Assembly: GCF_001194135.2 (NCBI RefSeq)
Contig: NC_068986.1
Coordinates: 46,262,223 to 46,319,394, forward strand
Length of the DNA stretch: 57,172 nucleotides
Source: Octopus bimaculoides
Lineage: Eukaryota
Direction: 5' to 3'
Shown one piece after another: positions 38,913 through 49,363 of this stretch; positions within the stretch are counted from its first letter, which is position 1; every line of letters begins with the position of its first letter. A program made the translations under genes and the position numbers. The notes under the pieces are model-generated. The model was not told the DNA's origin. It saw nothing but the letters and a program-made list of their open reading frames with translations, and searched no databases.

Positions 38913-39227
38913 TTTTAATATAAATAAAAATTCAATACAAACTACAATTAATGACTGAATAAAAGACGCAATAAAATTAGAAATAGGGTTTCCAAAGAAT
39001 GAACAACTTCAGAGTACCAGGCTCTATCATGTGACTAACTGCATCAACAATGAAGCACTGGAAAACCAAAGACTGCTGTACTGGATAACTGGAGGCACCA
39101 AACAATAAGGTATTCCAATTGTATGTAGTAGAGCAGAGGTAAAAATGTAGATAGAATAAGTTTTAAAAATTTATCTAGGGAACTTGTTGAATGCAAGAGA
39201 ATATGTGTGTGTGTGTGTGTGTGTTAG

Positions 39228-39420
39228 GGGTTGCCTTAGTGGTTAGGGTGTTAGATTCATGATCATAAGATTGTGGTTTCGATTTCTGGACTGGGTGACA
39301 CATTGTGTTCTTGAGTAAAATACTTCATTTCCTGTTGCTCCAGTCCACTCAGCTAGCAAAAATGAGTAATCTTGTGATGGACTGGTGTCCCATCCAGGGA
39401 GTAATGTGCCAGGAAACCAG
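39228..39420 (+). mobile_element. SINE family D (tRNA-like head)
   Basis: A-box-like tagtggttagg and B-box-like ggtttcgattt, then ttgtgttcttgagtaaaatacttcatttc..gctccagtccactcagct. Confidence 0.85.
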
Positions 39421-39711
39421 CCCAATGAGTCTATATGACTTGAGAAGGATCACTGTAAACAAGAGAGATGGTTATACTGGTTTACAGGGATGACTGATGT
39501 GTACTCTGAGTAGATTCAGTATGAAAAAGTATGGTTAGATATTGGAAAATCCACACAAGGTATATGGTCAATGACAACTTAAGATAAGATAATCAAATTA
39601 AACTTTAGAAAACAACCAGAAATGTTCAACTCAGATAATAAAACTATTAAAAGTTGAATTTGCTGACAGATCTAAAAACACTAGCCAAAACATATTCATA
39701 CAACACAACGG

Positions 39712-39910
39712 CAGCAGTGAAGGCATATGGTTGAATGGTTTGGATATTGCTCTCGTGGTTGGAAGATTGTAGTTTTAATTTCTGGGCTGGGCAATGTGTT
39801 GTGTTTTTGAGCAAAATGTTTTATTTTACATTGTCCAGTTCACTTAACTGTAAATGAGTTCAAGCAATATCTGTGTAGTTAACACTGTAACAGACTGGTG
39901 TCTCCTTAAG
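39712..39910 (+). mobile_element. Decayed SINE family D
   Basis: Colinear with 39228-39420. Confidence 0.65.
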
Positions 39911-41317
39911 GGGTTGGGATGGAAGGAGGCAAATATTGATGATTTATAATATTATGTACTTTGAAATTTTGAATTCAAAAGCATCACAGCTGATTTTGTC
40001 TTTCATCTTTCTGGGATCAATAAAATAAGTACTAGTTGAGTACAATGGCTGATCCAATTGGCTACAGCTATCTCCTCTATTTAAAACTTGTGGCTATTTT
40101 AGTAATCAATTACTGACAAAGATACAAGCAGCAAAACTGTCTTACTACTGTGAAGTTACCATTTCTTTTAAGTAAGGTTATTTGCTTAATCATTTATGAT
40201 TTCATCAATGACATTCTTCAATAAAGGAACATTAAAAAGTACTCTCTTACTTTTGTCATCTTTTCTTCTTGTCTTTTCTGTCATTACAACCATAGCTCCA
40301 GTTCTGAACACTAAAACTGTCAACTTAACCACAATCACATTGCTTAATTCTTTTAACAACTTAACAGCCTCCTACAAAACATAAGTAGATTATCCCTACT
40401 TTATCTGACATGTGTTCAATACATATACCATATTATTATTTTTCTAGTTCCTGGTCACTAGAAGGCAGTATCATAAGTATCATATTCAGCTAACTTTTAT
40501 ATATCACAAATTTAGAACTGTTCGCAGATTTCTCCATTCTCAACTTTACACTAACTACTTGTCTCAGTAGATATAAATCATATCTACATCAGAAATTTAG
40601 ACTCCAGAAGCATTAGAAAAATAGATTAACTTTGAAAAGTGTAATTTCAAAGCTACCCACATTTGTATTTCTGCAGAATATAGTTTGCATGTTTTAAAAT
40701 GGATGTTTCTTTTAAACTAAAATACCTCAGTGAACTTCAGTAAAATGAAGCAAACTATCACATTTCTATCTTTGCAAAGTGCATTAAGAAAGACTGAATT
40801 AGATTTGAAAGATTGACTTCATTTCTGTTTATTCTCATTCTTGTTTTTTCAAAAGATATTACGCAAAATGATATTTTTCACTTATTACATACACTAAATA
40901 TCTCCTGCTTGATCAAGCTCTGCGTTGCAATTGTATAAAACTGTTATTGCTATCACACACACAAAAATAACAACAAAAGAAAAAAGAAAAAGAAATAATA
41001 TCCCACTGCTATTTAGTAGGTGGGAATACTTTTCAAGCGAAATATCTGATGATTTGAAAAATTAAATGTGATAAGTGATTTCCAAATATAGTATAGCACA
41101 GTAAAAATTGATACTAAAATGTAAATCCCTAGAATTGAATAAATGTTCACTTTGCATAGAAGAAAACTATAGCAATTCTTTTGATATAGCCATTAAGGCT
41201 ACTTAGAAGTCTGTAAAATATTATCATGCAATCTTTAAAATAGATCAATAGAATTACAATTTTATCATCTTTGTTTTTTGCTTTTGTTTTTAGAAATTTT
41301 AAAGTTCTGAGTTTCGC

Positions 41318-41348
<31 letters not shown>

Positions 41349-41943
41349 ATCGATTGCTTCAGCTGGTGCAGCTGATGATGATCACTGAAAGTATGAGGCT
41401 GGTGATGGCAATGATGACTACGAAATTAGACGTGTATCAATGCAAATGGAATTAACCATACATTAAATTACTCCCAGCAAGAAAATCTAAGGGAAGCAAC
41501 TGCTGATAGCTGCAAACTAAATATACAGACAAGACCAAACATTTTCGGAGATAGTATTGATGAGGATATCGATTTCCGAACTGGATTGGTACTTAAAAGA
41601 ATGAATGGCAAAGTTGATCTTGGAAGAATAATGATAATTTTCGAGTAGCTATTAGAACAATTATTTTCAGGGGAGATTGTGTGTGTGTGTATGTATGTAT
41701 GTATGTGCATGCGTGCGTGTGTCTGTGCACGCGTGCGCGTATTGTGTCCGTGTGTGGTATGAGTTTGTGCGTAAGCGTGTGTATGTATGTATATGTATGT
41801 ATGTGTGTGTATATATATACACACACACACACACACACATATATATGTATTTACACACCCATGTATACTGTATGTCTCTCTCTATGTATGTATCTATCTG
41901 TCTATTTATCTATCTCGCTACCTTTCTATACAAGTATGTATAA

Positions 41944-41976
<33 letters not shown>

Positions 41977-42244
41977 TGTGCTCGCACGCACCCTTATCTA
42001 AACTTCACGTGATTTTTGGAAATGAGCATAATCATCATACAAGTGAAGTTGTTCGTTTCCAGTCTTCTGTGAAAGACATGTCAATCTTGCTTGGGAACAG
42101 GTGAGGGAGAGCAAAAGAAAGGGCACCAGGCCATAGAAAATCTACCTAAAGTAGACATTAAATGATGATACATTACGTTTGTATGTATGTATTTATGTAT
42201 ATTATATATATATATATATATAAAGTTGTAGTATATTGTCAACT

Positions 42245-42363
42245 TAATGTGACAATCCCAATAAGGGAACACACTACTGCCGTTTAGCCCTAGGAAGCTG
42301 GACCGCTTCCTGTCGGCGGGCTAAACGGCAGTAGTGTGTTCCCTTATTGGGATTGTCACATTA
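42245..42363. repeat. Perfect 46-bp inverted repeat with a 27-nt spacer containing a 7-bp inner hairpin; right arm abuts an N-gap
   Basis: taatgtgacaatcccaataagggaacacactactgccgtttagccc (42245-42290) is the exact reverse complement of 42318-42363; the inner hairpin is aggaagc/gcttcct. Confidence 0.95.
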
Positions 42364-42649
42364 NNNNNNNNNNNNNNNNNNNNNNNNNNNNNNNNNNNNN
42401 NNNNNNNNNNNNNNNNNNNNNNNNNNNNNNNNNNNNNNNNNNNNNNNNNNNNNNNNNNNNNNNNNNNNNNNNNNNNNNNNNNNNNNNNNNNNNNNNNNNN
42501 NNNNNNNNNNNNNNNNNNNNNNNNNNNNNNNNNNNNNNNNNNNNNNNNNNNNNNNNNATATATATAGATAGATAGATAGATAGATAAATAGAGAGAGAGA
42601 GAGAGAGAGAGAGAATACAAATAATGAGGGATTATCAATCTGGGTAAAA

Positions 42650-42767
42650 TGGCTCTGATGAAAGTAGCATTAGTTTTCTTAGGTTGTTCAATTTTCCTCA
42701 GTTGACCAATTGAGTAAACCTTATCAGTAATGTACCTATAATGATTACTGGAAACAGCTGTAAGCCA
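42650..42767 (+). ncRNA. Type I hammerhead ribozyme motif (PLE/retrozyme-like) with extended domain II
   Basis: Stem I is tggct (42650-54) paired with agcca (42763-67). Core CTGATGA at 42655-61. Domain II is agtagcatta paired with taatgattact, enclosing further hairpins. GAAAC at 42751-55, loop AGCT, and GTA cleavage triplet at 42760-62. Confidence 0.7.
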
Positions 42768-42830
42768 AATTTGTTCCAAGAAAGGAAAAATATGTAATGA
42801 CCATTAATTTTAACTTGTTTCTTATGTATA

Positions 42831-43184
42831 GGCGCAGGAGTGGCTGTGTGGTAAGTAGATTGCTTACCAACTACATGGTTTCGGGTTCAGTCCCACTGCA
42901 TGGCACCTCAGGCAAGTATCTCCTACTATAGCCTCAGGCCGATAAAGCCTTGTGAGTGGATTTGGTAGATGGAAACACATGTTTCTGTGTCTGTGTTTGT
43001 CCCTCCACCATCGCTTGATAACTGATGTTGGTGTGTTTACGTCACTGTAACTTAGCAGTTCGGCAAAAGAATCCAGTAGAATAAGTACTATGCTTACAAA
43101 GAATAAGTCCTGGGGTTGATGTGTTCGACTAAAGGCAGTGCTCCAGCATGGCCGCAGTCAAATGACTGAAACAAATATAAGAAT
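42831..43184 (+). mobile_element. Full-length SINE family A
   Basis: Head ggcgcaggagtggctgtgtggtaag with B-box-like gggttcagtccc; 3' end gcatggccgcagtcaaatgactgaaac. Confidence 0.9.
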
Positions 43185-43187
43185 ATC

Positions 43188-43522
43188 GATGACCGGCACC
43201 TGTGCCAGTGGAACGCTAACAGCACCATAAGAGCGGAATCACTGCCAGAGCAGCAGTCTGGCTTCCATGCCGGTGGCACATAAAAAGCACCATTTGAGCG
43301 TGATCGTTACCAGCGTCGATTTACTGGCACTTGTACCGGTGGCATGTGAACAAAACATTTGAGCAAGGTCAATGCCAGCACCACTGGACTGACTCTTGTG
43401 CAGGTGGCATGTAAAAACACCATTTGTGCGTGGCCGTTGCCAGTACCGCCATACTGGCCCTCATGCCGGTGGCACATAAAAACATCCACTACACTCTTAA
43501 AGTGGTTGGCGTTAGGAAGGTG
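43188..43522 (+). mobile_element. Family C internal region with ~65-bp tandem subrepeats
   Basis: ggtggca(c/t)(a/g)t(a/g)aa...catttg recurs at about 43271, 43338, 43403 and 43468, followed by cactacactct..agtggttggcgttaggaagg as at 45660-45700. Confidence 0.8.
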
Positions 43523-43914
43523 TGTTCTCTTGAAGTACAGCTGCTTATTCCAGTACTCCAAAGCCATGTGCAGATGGTTACATACATGTGAGGTATGGAT
43601 AAGAGTTGAAAAATACTGGGAAATATTTTTTGCAGAGTAATTACATATGTAAACAGGAGATTGGAAAAATGTTTGGTATTATTTATTCACCATTACACAT
43701 GTTTTTAAGTGCTAATAGAACAGCTCTTATTAGAAATTCTTTAGACAAAGAATGAAGTAATATTTTATTCTCTGAAAAATTTCTTATAAGAGATGTCTTA
43801 CATTTTTCTTTGACATATACAATTTTGTAACTCCTATATATCATCATCATCATCGTTAGTACATAACATTTATAAATATATCCCCTTTTGTATCCATAAA
43901 TATATATGCCTGGT

Positions 43915-44090
43915 GTGGCACACTGTTGCTTATAATGTCAAGGATTCCAGTTGATCTGATTAACAGAACAGCCTGCTCATGAAATTATTGTGCAAGTGGC
44001 TGAACACTCCACAGACACACACACCCTTAATGTAGTTCTTAGGGTGATTTAGTGAGACACAATGTGACAAGGCTGGCCCTTTGAAATACA
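43915..44090 (-). mobile_element. Repeat family E copy
   Basis: Reverse complement of 21385-21569 (cagcctgctcatgaaatta..tgcaagtggctgaacactccacagacac..acccttaa). Confidence 0.85.
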
Positions 44091-44235
44091 GGTACTACTA
44101 ATTTTTGCCAGTTGAATTAACTGGGGTTACATGAAATAAAATGTCTTGCTCAAAGACACAATGTACCACCTGGAATCAAACTCATGACCTTATGATTGTG
44201 AATTGAATACCCTAACTACTAAGCCACATGCTTTG
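44090..44235 (-). mobile_element. SINE family D
   Basis: gaaataaaatgtcttgctcaaagacacaatg...ggaatcaaactc...accctaactactaagccacatgc. Confidence 0.75.
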
Positions 44236-44289
44236 ACACAAATACACACACACACACATTATTATATATATATATATATATATATAACA

Positions 44290-44560
44290 AATGATAGAGA
44301 CAGAAAATGGAATACACGAGAAACCTTATTGCTCACAACTGTTTCGGCACATCCTGCATTGATCCCTCATGGGTGAGAGACTATACACCCACAAGGGATT
44401 AACACACGATGTATTGCAATAGTCATTGTGAACAATAAAGTTTTCCATGTATTCCGTTTTCTGTCTTTATCCTTTGTTTTATACTTAATGTACACTGACG
44501 AATTCCTGTGGTAGATCCAGTGACTAATCTGTAACTACCATAGATGAAGTCAGGTAGCCA
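44290..44560. mobile_element. PLE terminal-repeat-like structure with a ~45-bp inverted repeat and decayed hammerhead cores
   Basis: atagagacagaaaatggaatacacgagaaaccttattgctcacaa (about 44293-44337) inverts at about 44426-44470. The minus strand reads GAAACAGTTGTG at about 44334-44345; the plus strand has CTGACGA at about 44496 followed by a hairpin. Confidence 0.55.
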
Positions 44561-44643
44561 TAGGCAGTGAATGTGCTTTATTGGTGTACTACTAGGAACA
44601 TACTCAACACTTTAAATAAATATATAGACATATATACACATAC

Positions 44644-44681
<38 letters not shown>

Positions 44682-44687
44682 CTTTAT

Positions 44688-44850
44688 AAATAATAATAAT
44701 AAATGGAGCAAAACGCATATAAACAAAAGTTCCTTTATTTCCTACATATGTTTCAAAATATATGTGCACTCTACTCCAAGGAAGTAAGAGGTGCTGGAGT
44801 TGCACATATATGTGCAATTTATATGCATTTTGCTCCATTTATTATTATTT
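44688..44850. mobile_element. MITE-like element with ~33-bp terminal inverted repeats
   Basis: aataataataaatggagcaaaacgcatataaa pairs with tttatatgcattttgctccatttattattatt; there is also an inner inverted repeat (tatatgtgca...tgcacatata). Confidence 0.8.
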
Positions 44851-45574
44851 TTCATATCTACTCAAAATGCATTGCTTTAACTTGGTATCTCTAACTATAA
44901 AACGGGTGTGATATCCTGTTTTTTTGTGTGATTTTTGCTACCCATGGTAACTATTAGCATATTTACATTGTCAAGTTTTTTTAAAAGATNNNNNNNNNNN
45001 NNNNNNNNNNNNNNNNNNNNNNNNNNNNNNNNNNNNNNNNNNNNNNNNNNNNNNNNNNNNNNNNNNNNNNNNNNNNNNNNNNNNNNNNNNNNNNNNNNNN
45101 NNNNNNNNNNNNNNNNNNNNNNNNNNNNNNNNNNNNNNNNNNNNNNNNNNNNNNNNNNNNNNNNNNNNNNNNNNNNNNNNNNNNNNNNNNNNNNNNNNNN
45201 NNNNNNNNNNNNNNNNNNNNNNNNNNNNNNNNNNNNNNNNNNNNNNNNNNNNNNNNNNNNNNNNNNNNNNNNNNNNNNNNNNNNNNNNNNNNNNNNNNNN
45301 NNNNNNNNNNNNNNNNNNNNNNNNNNNNNNNNNNNNNNNNNNNNNNNNNNNNNNNNNNNNNNNNNNNNNNNNNNNNNNNNNNNNNNNNNNNNNNNNNNNN
45401 NNNNNNNNNNNNNNNNNNNNNNNNNNNNNNNNNNNNNNNNNNNNNNNNNNNNNNNNNNNNNNNNNNNNNNNNNNNNNNNNNNNNNNNNNNNNNNNNNNNN
45501 NNNNNNNNNNNNNNNNNNNNNNNNNNNNNNNNNNNNNNNNNNNNNNNNNNNNNNNNNNNNNNNNNNNNNNNNNN

Positions 45575-45836
45575 TGCCAGTGCCCCTGGACTGGCTTGTG
45601 CGGGTGGCACATAAAAGACACCATTTCGAGCGTGGCCGTTTTCGTGCGGGTGACACGTAAAAGCACCCACTACACTCTCTGAGTGGTTGGCGTTAGGAAG
45701 GGCATCCAGCTGTAGAAACTCTGCCAAATCAGACTGGAGCCTGGTGTTGCCATCTGGTTTCACCAGTCCTCAGTCAAATCGTCCAACCCATGCTAGCATG
45801 GAAAGCTGACGTTAAACGATGATGATGATGATGATA
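45575..45836 (+). mobile_element. Well-preserved family C 3' part ending in (GAT)n
   Basis: ...gcgttaggaagggcatccagctgtagaaactctgcc...cccatgctagcatggaaagctgacgttaaacgatgatgatgatgat; CpGs are retained. Confidence 0.85.
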
Positions 45837-46143
45837 CAGTTATAGTACCATCATTATTGTCAAACGTTCACTTTTTCGTGCAATAGATTTTTCTCGGGCT
45901 AGATGCCATAGTCTGACATGTTTTCATGGAATAGTGCAAACTGATGACACCACTTGTGATGACATTTATTTGCAATTCGTGCACTATGTTAAGACAAGTT
46001 AACATGAACTTTCATAGACTCATACACACAGGCACATATACATGTACAAATATTATATTATACACATTGAGTTTTTTTTTACTAACCATCAATCAAATCC
46101 ACTTATGATGCATTGGTCAGCTCAGACCTATAAGAGGAGCCAC

Positions 46144-46275
46144 TTTGGGGATGGTCATGTTGCCAGTTTACTAATAAAAACACATGTACTATATATTTGG
46201 TGTTCACTTGCTTCAGCTTTATTTTATATTAATTGTATTGGCTAAACTGGCAACATGACTATCCCCAAATACAAC
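46144..46275. mobile_element. Short MITE with TIRs of at least 27 bp
   Basis: tttggggatggtcatgttgccagttta (46144-46170) pairs with taaactggcaacatgactatccccaaa (46243-46269). Confidence 0.85.
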
Positions 46276-46475
46276 AATATATGTTTCAACACACGAATTC
46301 ACATCAAGAATCTTGCAAAACAATATAAATGTAACATAGAAATACACACACACATATATATATGGTAAATGAAAAACAGAAGATGGAATATATGAAAGAG
46401 GACAACAAACGCTGAGGCATAACAAGCATCTCAAGTCATATATATTATTTTATATTATTCTTAAATTAGTCAAGG

Positions 46476-46549
46476 TCTTACAACTGTTTCTGGAGTATCC
46501 CAAGTGATAGGCAAGTATGCCTGAATATGGGGTATTCCATCATCAGAGA
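46476..46549 (-). ncRNA. Type I hammerhead ribozyme motif (PLE/retrozyme-like)
   Basis: Minus strand: tct-CTGATGA (46546-46540), then stem II tggaatacccca/tgggatactcca (10 of 12 pairs) with an inner aggca/tgcct hairpin, then GAAAC-AGTT-GTA-aga. Stem I is only 3 bp. Confidence 0.6.
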
Positions 46550-46808
46550 GAAGTAGAGAACATATGAAAGATATAGACATGGAGATGTTCAGATAAAAGA
46601 TCGAGATATGGAAAATTCGCAGATAATAAACAATAAAATAGAAGAGTAGAGAGTAAGGAAATAAAGTTTACAGTTCATATATATATATATATATAATAAT
46701 AATATTAGGGACAAAATCCAAAATTACAGGTAAAAACAATTAAAATCAATTTATAAAAAATTAAAATTAAATTGAGCTTTACAGAGTAAAATATATATAA
46801 ATATATAG

Positions 46809-47199
46809 TTTTAGGGAAAAGAACCAAGGTTCATGAACTCATCGATGAAAATCCACTGTCACATATAGAAAAATTAATTAAATGCACAATAAATGAGTAT
46901 AATATAATACAAAGTAAATATCATAAGATAAAGATAATATTATTATCTTTATCTTATGATATTTACTTTGTAAATATCCACTGTCACATATAGAAAAATT
47001 AATAATTAAAAGCACAATAAATGAGTATAATATAATACAAAGTAAATATCATACGATAAAGATAATAATATTATCTTTATCTTATGATATTTACTTTGTA
47101 TTATATTATACTCATTTAGTGTGCTTTTAATTAATTTTTCTATATGTGACAGTGGATTTTCATCCATGAGTTCATGAACCTTGGTTCTTTTCTCTAAAA
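46809..47199. mobile_element. Palindromic MITE with an internal ~122-bp tandem duplication, inserted in (TA)n
   Basis: ttttagggaaaagaaccaaggttcatgaactc pairs with gagttcatgaaccttggttcttttctctaaaa. Segment 46851-46972 is repeated at 46976-47100, giving two palindrome centres (about 46940 and 47068). Confidence 0.9.
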
Positions 47200-47235
<36 letters not shown>

Positions 47236-47479
47236 GTATATACATCTGCAGATGCATACATATCCTCTTGTCACATCTTCACCATCTTTTCTCTCTCCTC
47301 ATTCCATCCTCTTTCACTCCATCTTCTCTCTTTTGAACTGAGATAGTCATGTGTGTATCTCTTTTACTGTAAAACACCTATTTCTGATCCTGTATTCATA
47401 CTTGAACCTCTCATCATCTAGTACAAAGCCACCCCACATCAAGACTACTTCCATCTTTGTTGCAGGGTCTTGTTTGCTG

Positions 47480-47612
47480 GAGCCATGTAAAAAGGACCCA
47501 GTACACTCTGTACAGAGGTTGACATAAAGAAGGGCATTCAGCCATAGATAACAAGCTAAAGTAGAGCTTGGCATAGTTTTCTGACTTGCCTGTTAGACCA
47601 TTCAACCCAAGC
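47480..47612 (+). mobile_element. Decayed family C 3' part
   Basis: aaaaggacccagtacactctgtacagaggttgacataaagaagggcattcagccatag. Confidence 0.65.
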
Positions 47613-47614
47613 CA

Positions 47615-47653
<39 letters not shown>

Positions 47654-48015
47654 NNNNNNNNNNNNNNNNNNNNNNNNNNNNNNNNNNNNNNNNNNNNNNN
47701 NNNNNNNNNNNNNNNNNNNNNNNNNNNNNNNNNNNNNNNNNNNNNNNNNNNNNNNNNNNNNNNNNNNNNNNNNNNNNNNNNNNNNNNNNNNNNNNNNNNN
47801 NNNNNNNNNNNNNNNNNNNNNNNNNNNNNNNNNNNNNNNNNNNNNNNNNNNNNNNNNNNNNNNNNNNNNNNNNNNNNNNNNNNNNNNNNNNNNNNNNNNN
47901 NNNNNNNNNNNNNNNNNNNNNNNNNNNNNNNNNNNNNNNNNNNNNNNNNNNNNNNNNNNNNNNNNNNNNNNNNNNNNNNNNNNNNNNNNNNNNNNNNNNN
48001 NNNNNNNNNNNNNNN

Positions 48016-48057
<42 letters not shown>

Positions 48058-48061
48058 TATA

Positions 48062-48245
48062 TCATCATCATTTAACATCCATGCCCCATGCAGATAAGTT
48101 TTAGACATTTTGACAGGATCTGATGGGTCCATGGACTGCATCATGTACCATTGTCTACTTTTCTGTAGTTTCTATGGCTGAATGCCTTTCCATTATGCCA
48201 ACCACTTTTCAAATGTACTGGGTGCTTTTTGCATGATACCAGCAC
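48062..48245 (-). mobile_element. Family C 3' part
   Basis: tcatcatcatttaacatcc...tttgacaggatc...tttctatggctgaatgcctttcc...actgggtgctttt. Confidence 0.7.
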
Positions 48246-48270
48246 CAGTGAAGTCAGTTTCAACTATGTT

Positions 48271-48309
<39 letters not shown>

Positions 48310-49363
48310 TTTTCTATGTGTCTATGGAGAGATTATACTCTCAGACAAATACCACATCATACCATTCAACAGTATATGTACGTACATACATACATACATA
48401 CATGCATATGCATTGCATATACCACTCACTTGTTTCAGTCATTAGGCTGTGGCCCCAAGCTGAGGGAAAGCTTTACACTTTAATGAAACCTGGCTAAAAC
48501 AGCAGGAAAACTTCCCTTCAACCATACTCTATTGTCATATGTGTATATACCTTTATATATAAGCTGGCAAAGAAAACATACTAGGAATAGCAGCTAAATC
48601 ACTCTCAAATGAAACCATATTGTCTTATATTACATTGATACCATACCTGGCCATTGAAAGTCATTTCTGCTGATTAACTCTATCTCCAAGTGTTTTCCTC
48701 ACCTAATTTATATTTTGCCAGCTATTCAGTTGTTATTTATTCTGTTTTTGAAAGTAGTGGATTGGTAGAATAATAAATTGCTGGACAAATTTCTTGTTGC
48801 ATTTAGTTATGTCCCTTTGTGTTCTGAATTCTTACTTCTACATGAAGTACATACCTATTAAATAATGAGGCTGTCTATTGAATCAGTTAATCCCTCAAGT
48901 TTCTGGGACACGTGACTCTCTGTGATATGGGGACATTGTTAGAAATCTCCTAATTCTAATGTGTGACCAGAACAATATGGTCAAGAAATTCCAGTAACAT
49001 TTATATCAAAACATAAATTGAAATGGATGGAAGAATTCAAAAGTTAATATGCAACTAAACAATCTTATAAGAATAGATTTTATATCGTAAGTAATTCTTA
49101 AAAGTTGAAAGTCTTTTAGTCTGTAAATTGTGTGTGTGTGTGTGTGTGTGTATTCTATGGTATTTGTATATTGTCATAATCAAGAAGATAGAATAGCATG
49201 ATTATGAAATTCTAAACTGCCAATATCCTTTTCAAGGTAATGGATAAGAATAATATGTTATTGGATACCCTTATGCCCTTGCCCCACAACCACTAATATC
49301 GAAAACTAAAAAGACGAAAATTTCAATTAGTTTGTCTTGTTAAAGACAAAAAATTTATATCTA

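Larger units (their letters stand above)
9726..48015. other. Assembly gaps (N-runs) at 9726-10319, 12233-12244, 14301-14960, 31257-32214, 33519-33528, 37203-37217, 42364-42557, 44990-45574 and 47654-48015
   Basis: Directly visible; most are flanked by (TA)n. Confidence 0.98.

Noticed and set aside
41372-41390. CTGATGA-tgatcact-GAAA as a hammerhead
   Set aside because: Lies in a GAT-rich tract; there is no stem I or III and no cleavage triplet.
41425-41650. ~70-codon open frames on both strands
   Set aside because: The 3' half matches a decayed family B core (ggtactt...gaatgaatggcaaagttgatcttgg).
11782-42104. Short ORFs rich in YI, CV, HT, poly-I, poly-Y or poly-L
   Set aside because: These are translations of di- and trinucleotide microsatellites.
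9633-48144. Long ORFs in the track (e.g. 9633..10376, 14041..15160, 31159..32353, 42321..42779, 44895..45763, 47556..48144)
   Set aside because: They are open only because they cross N-runs and (TA)n or (TG)n tracts. Only the start of 31116..32303 is real, and it is mariner transposase.
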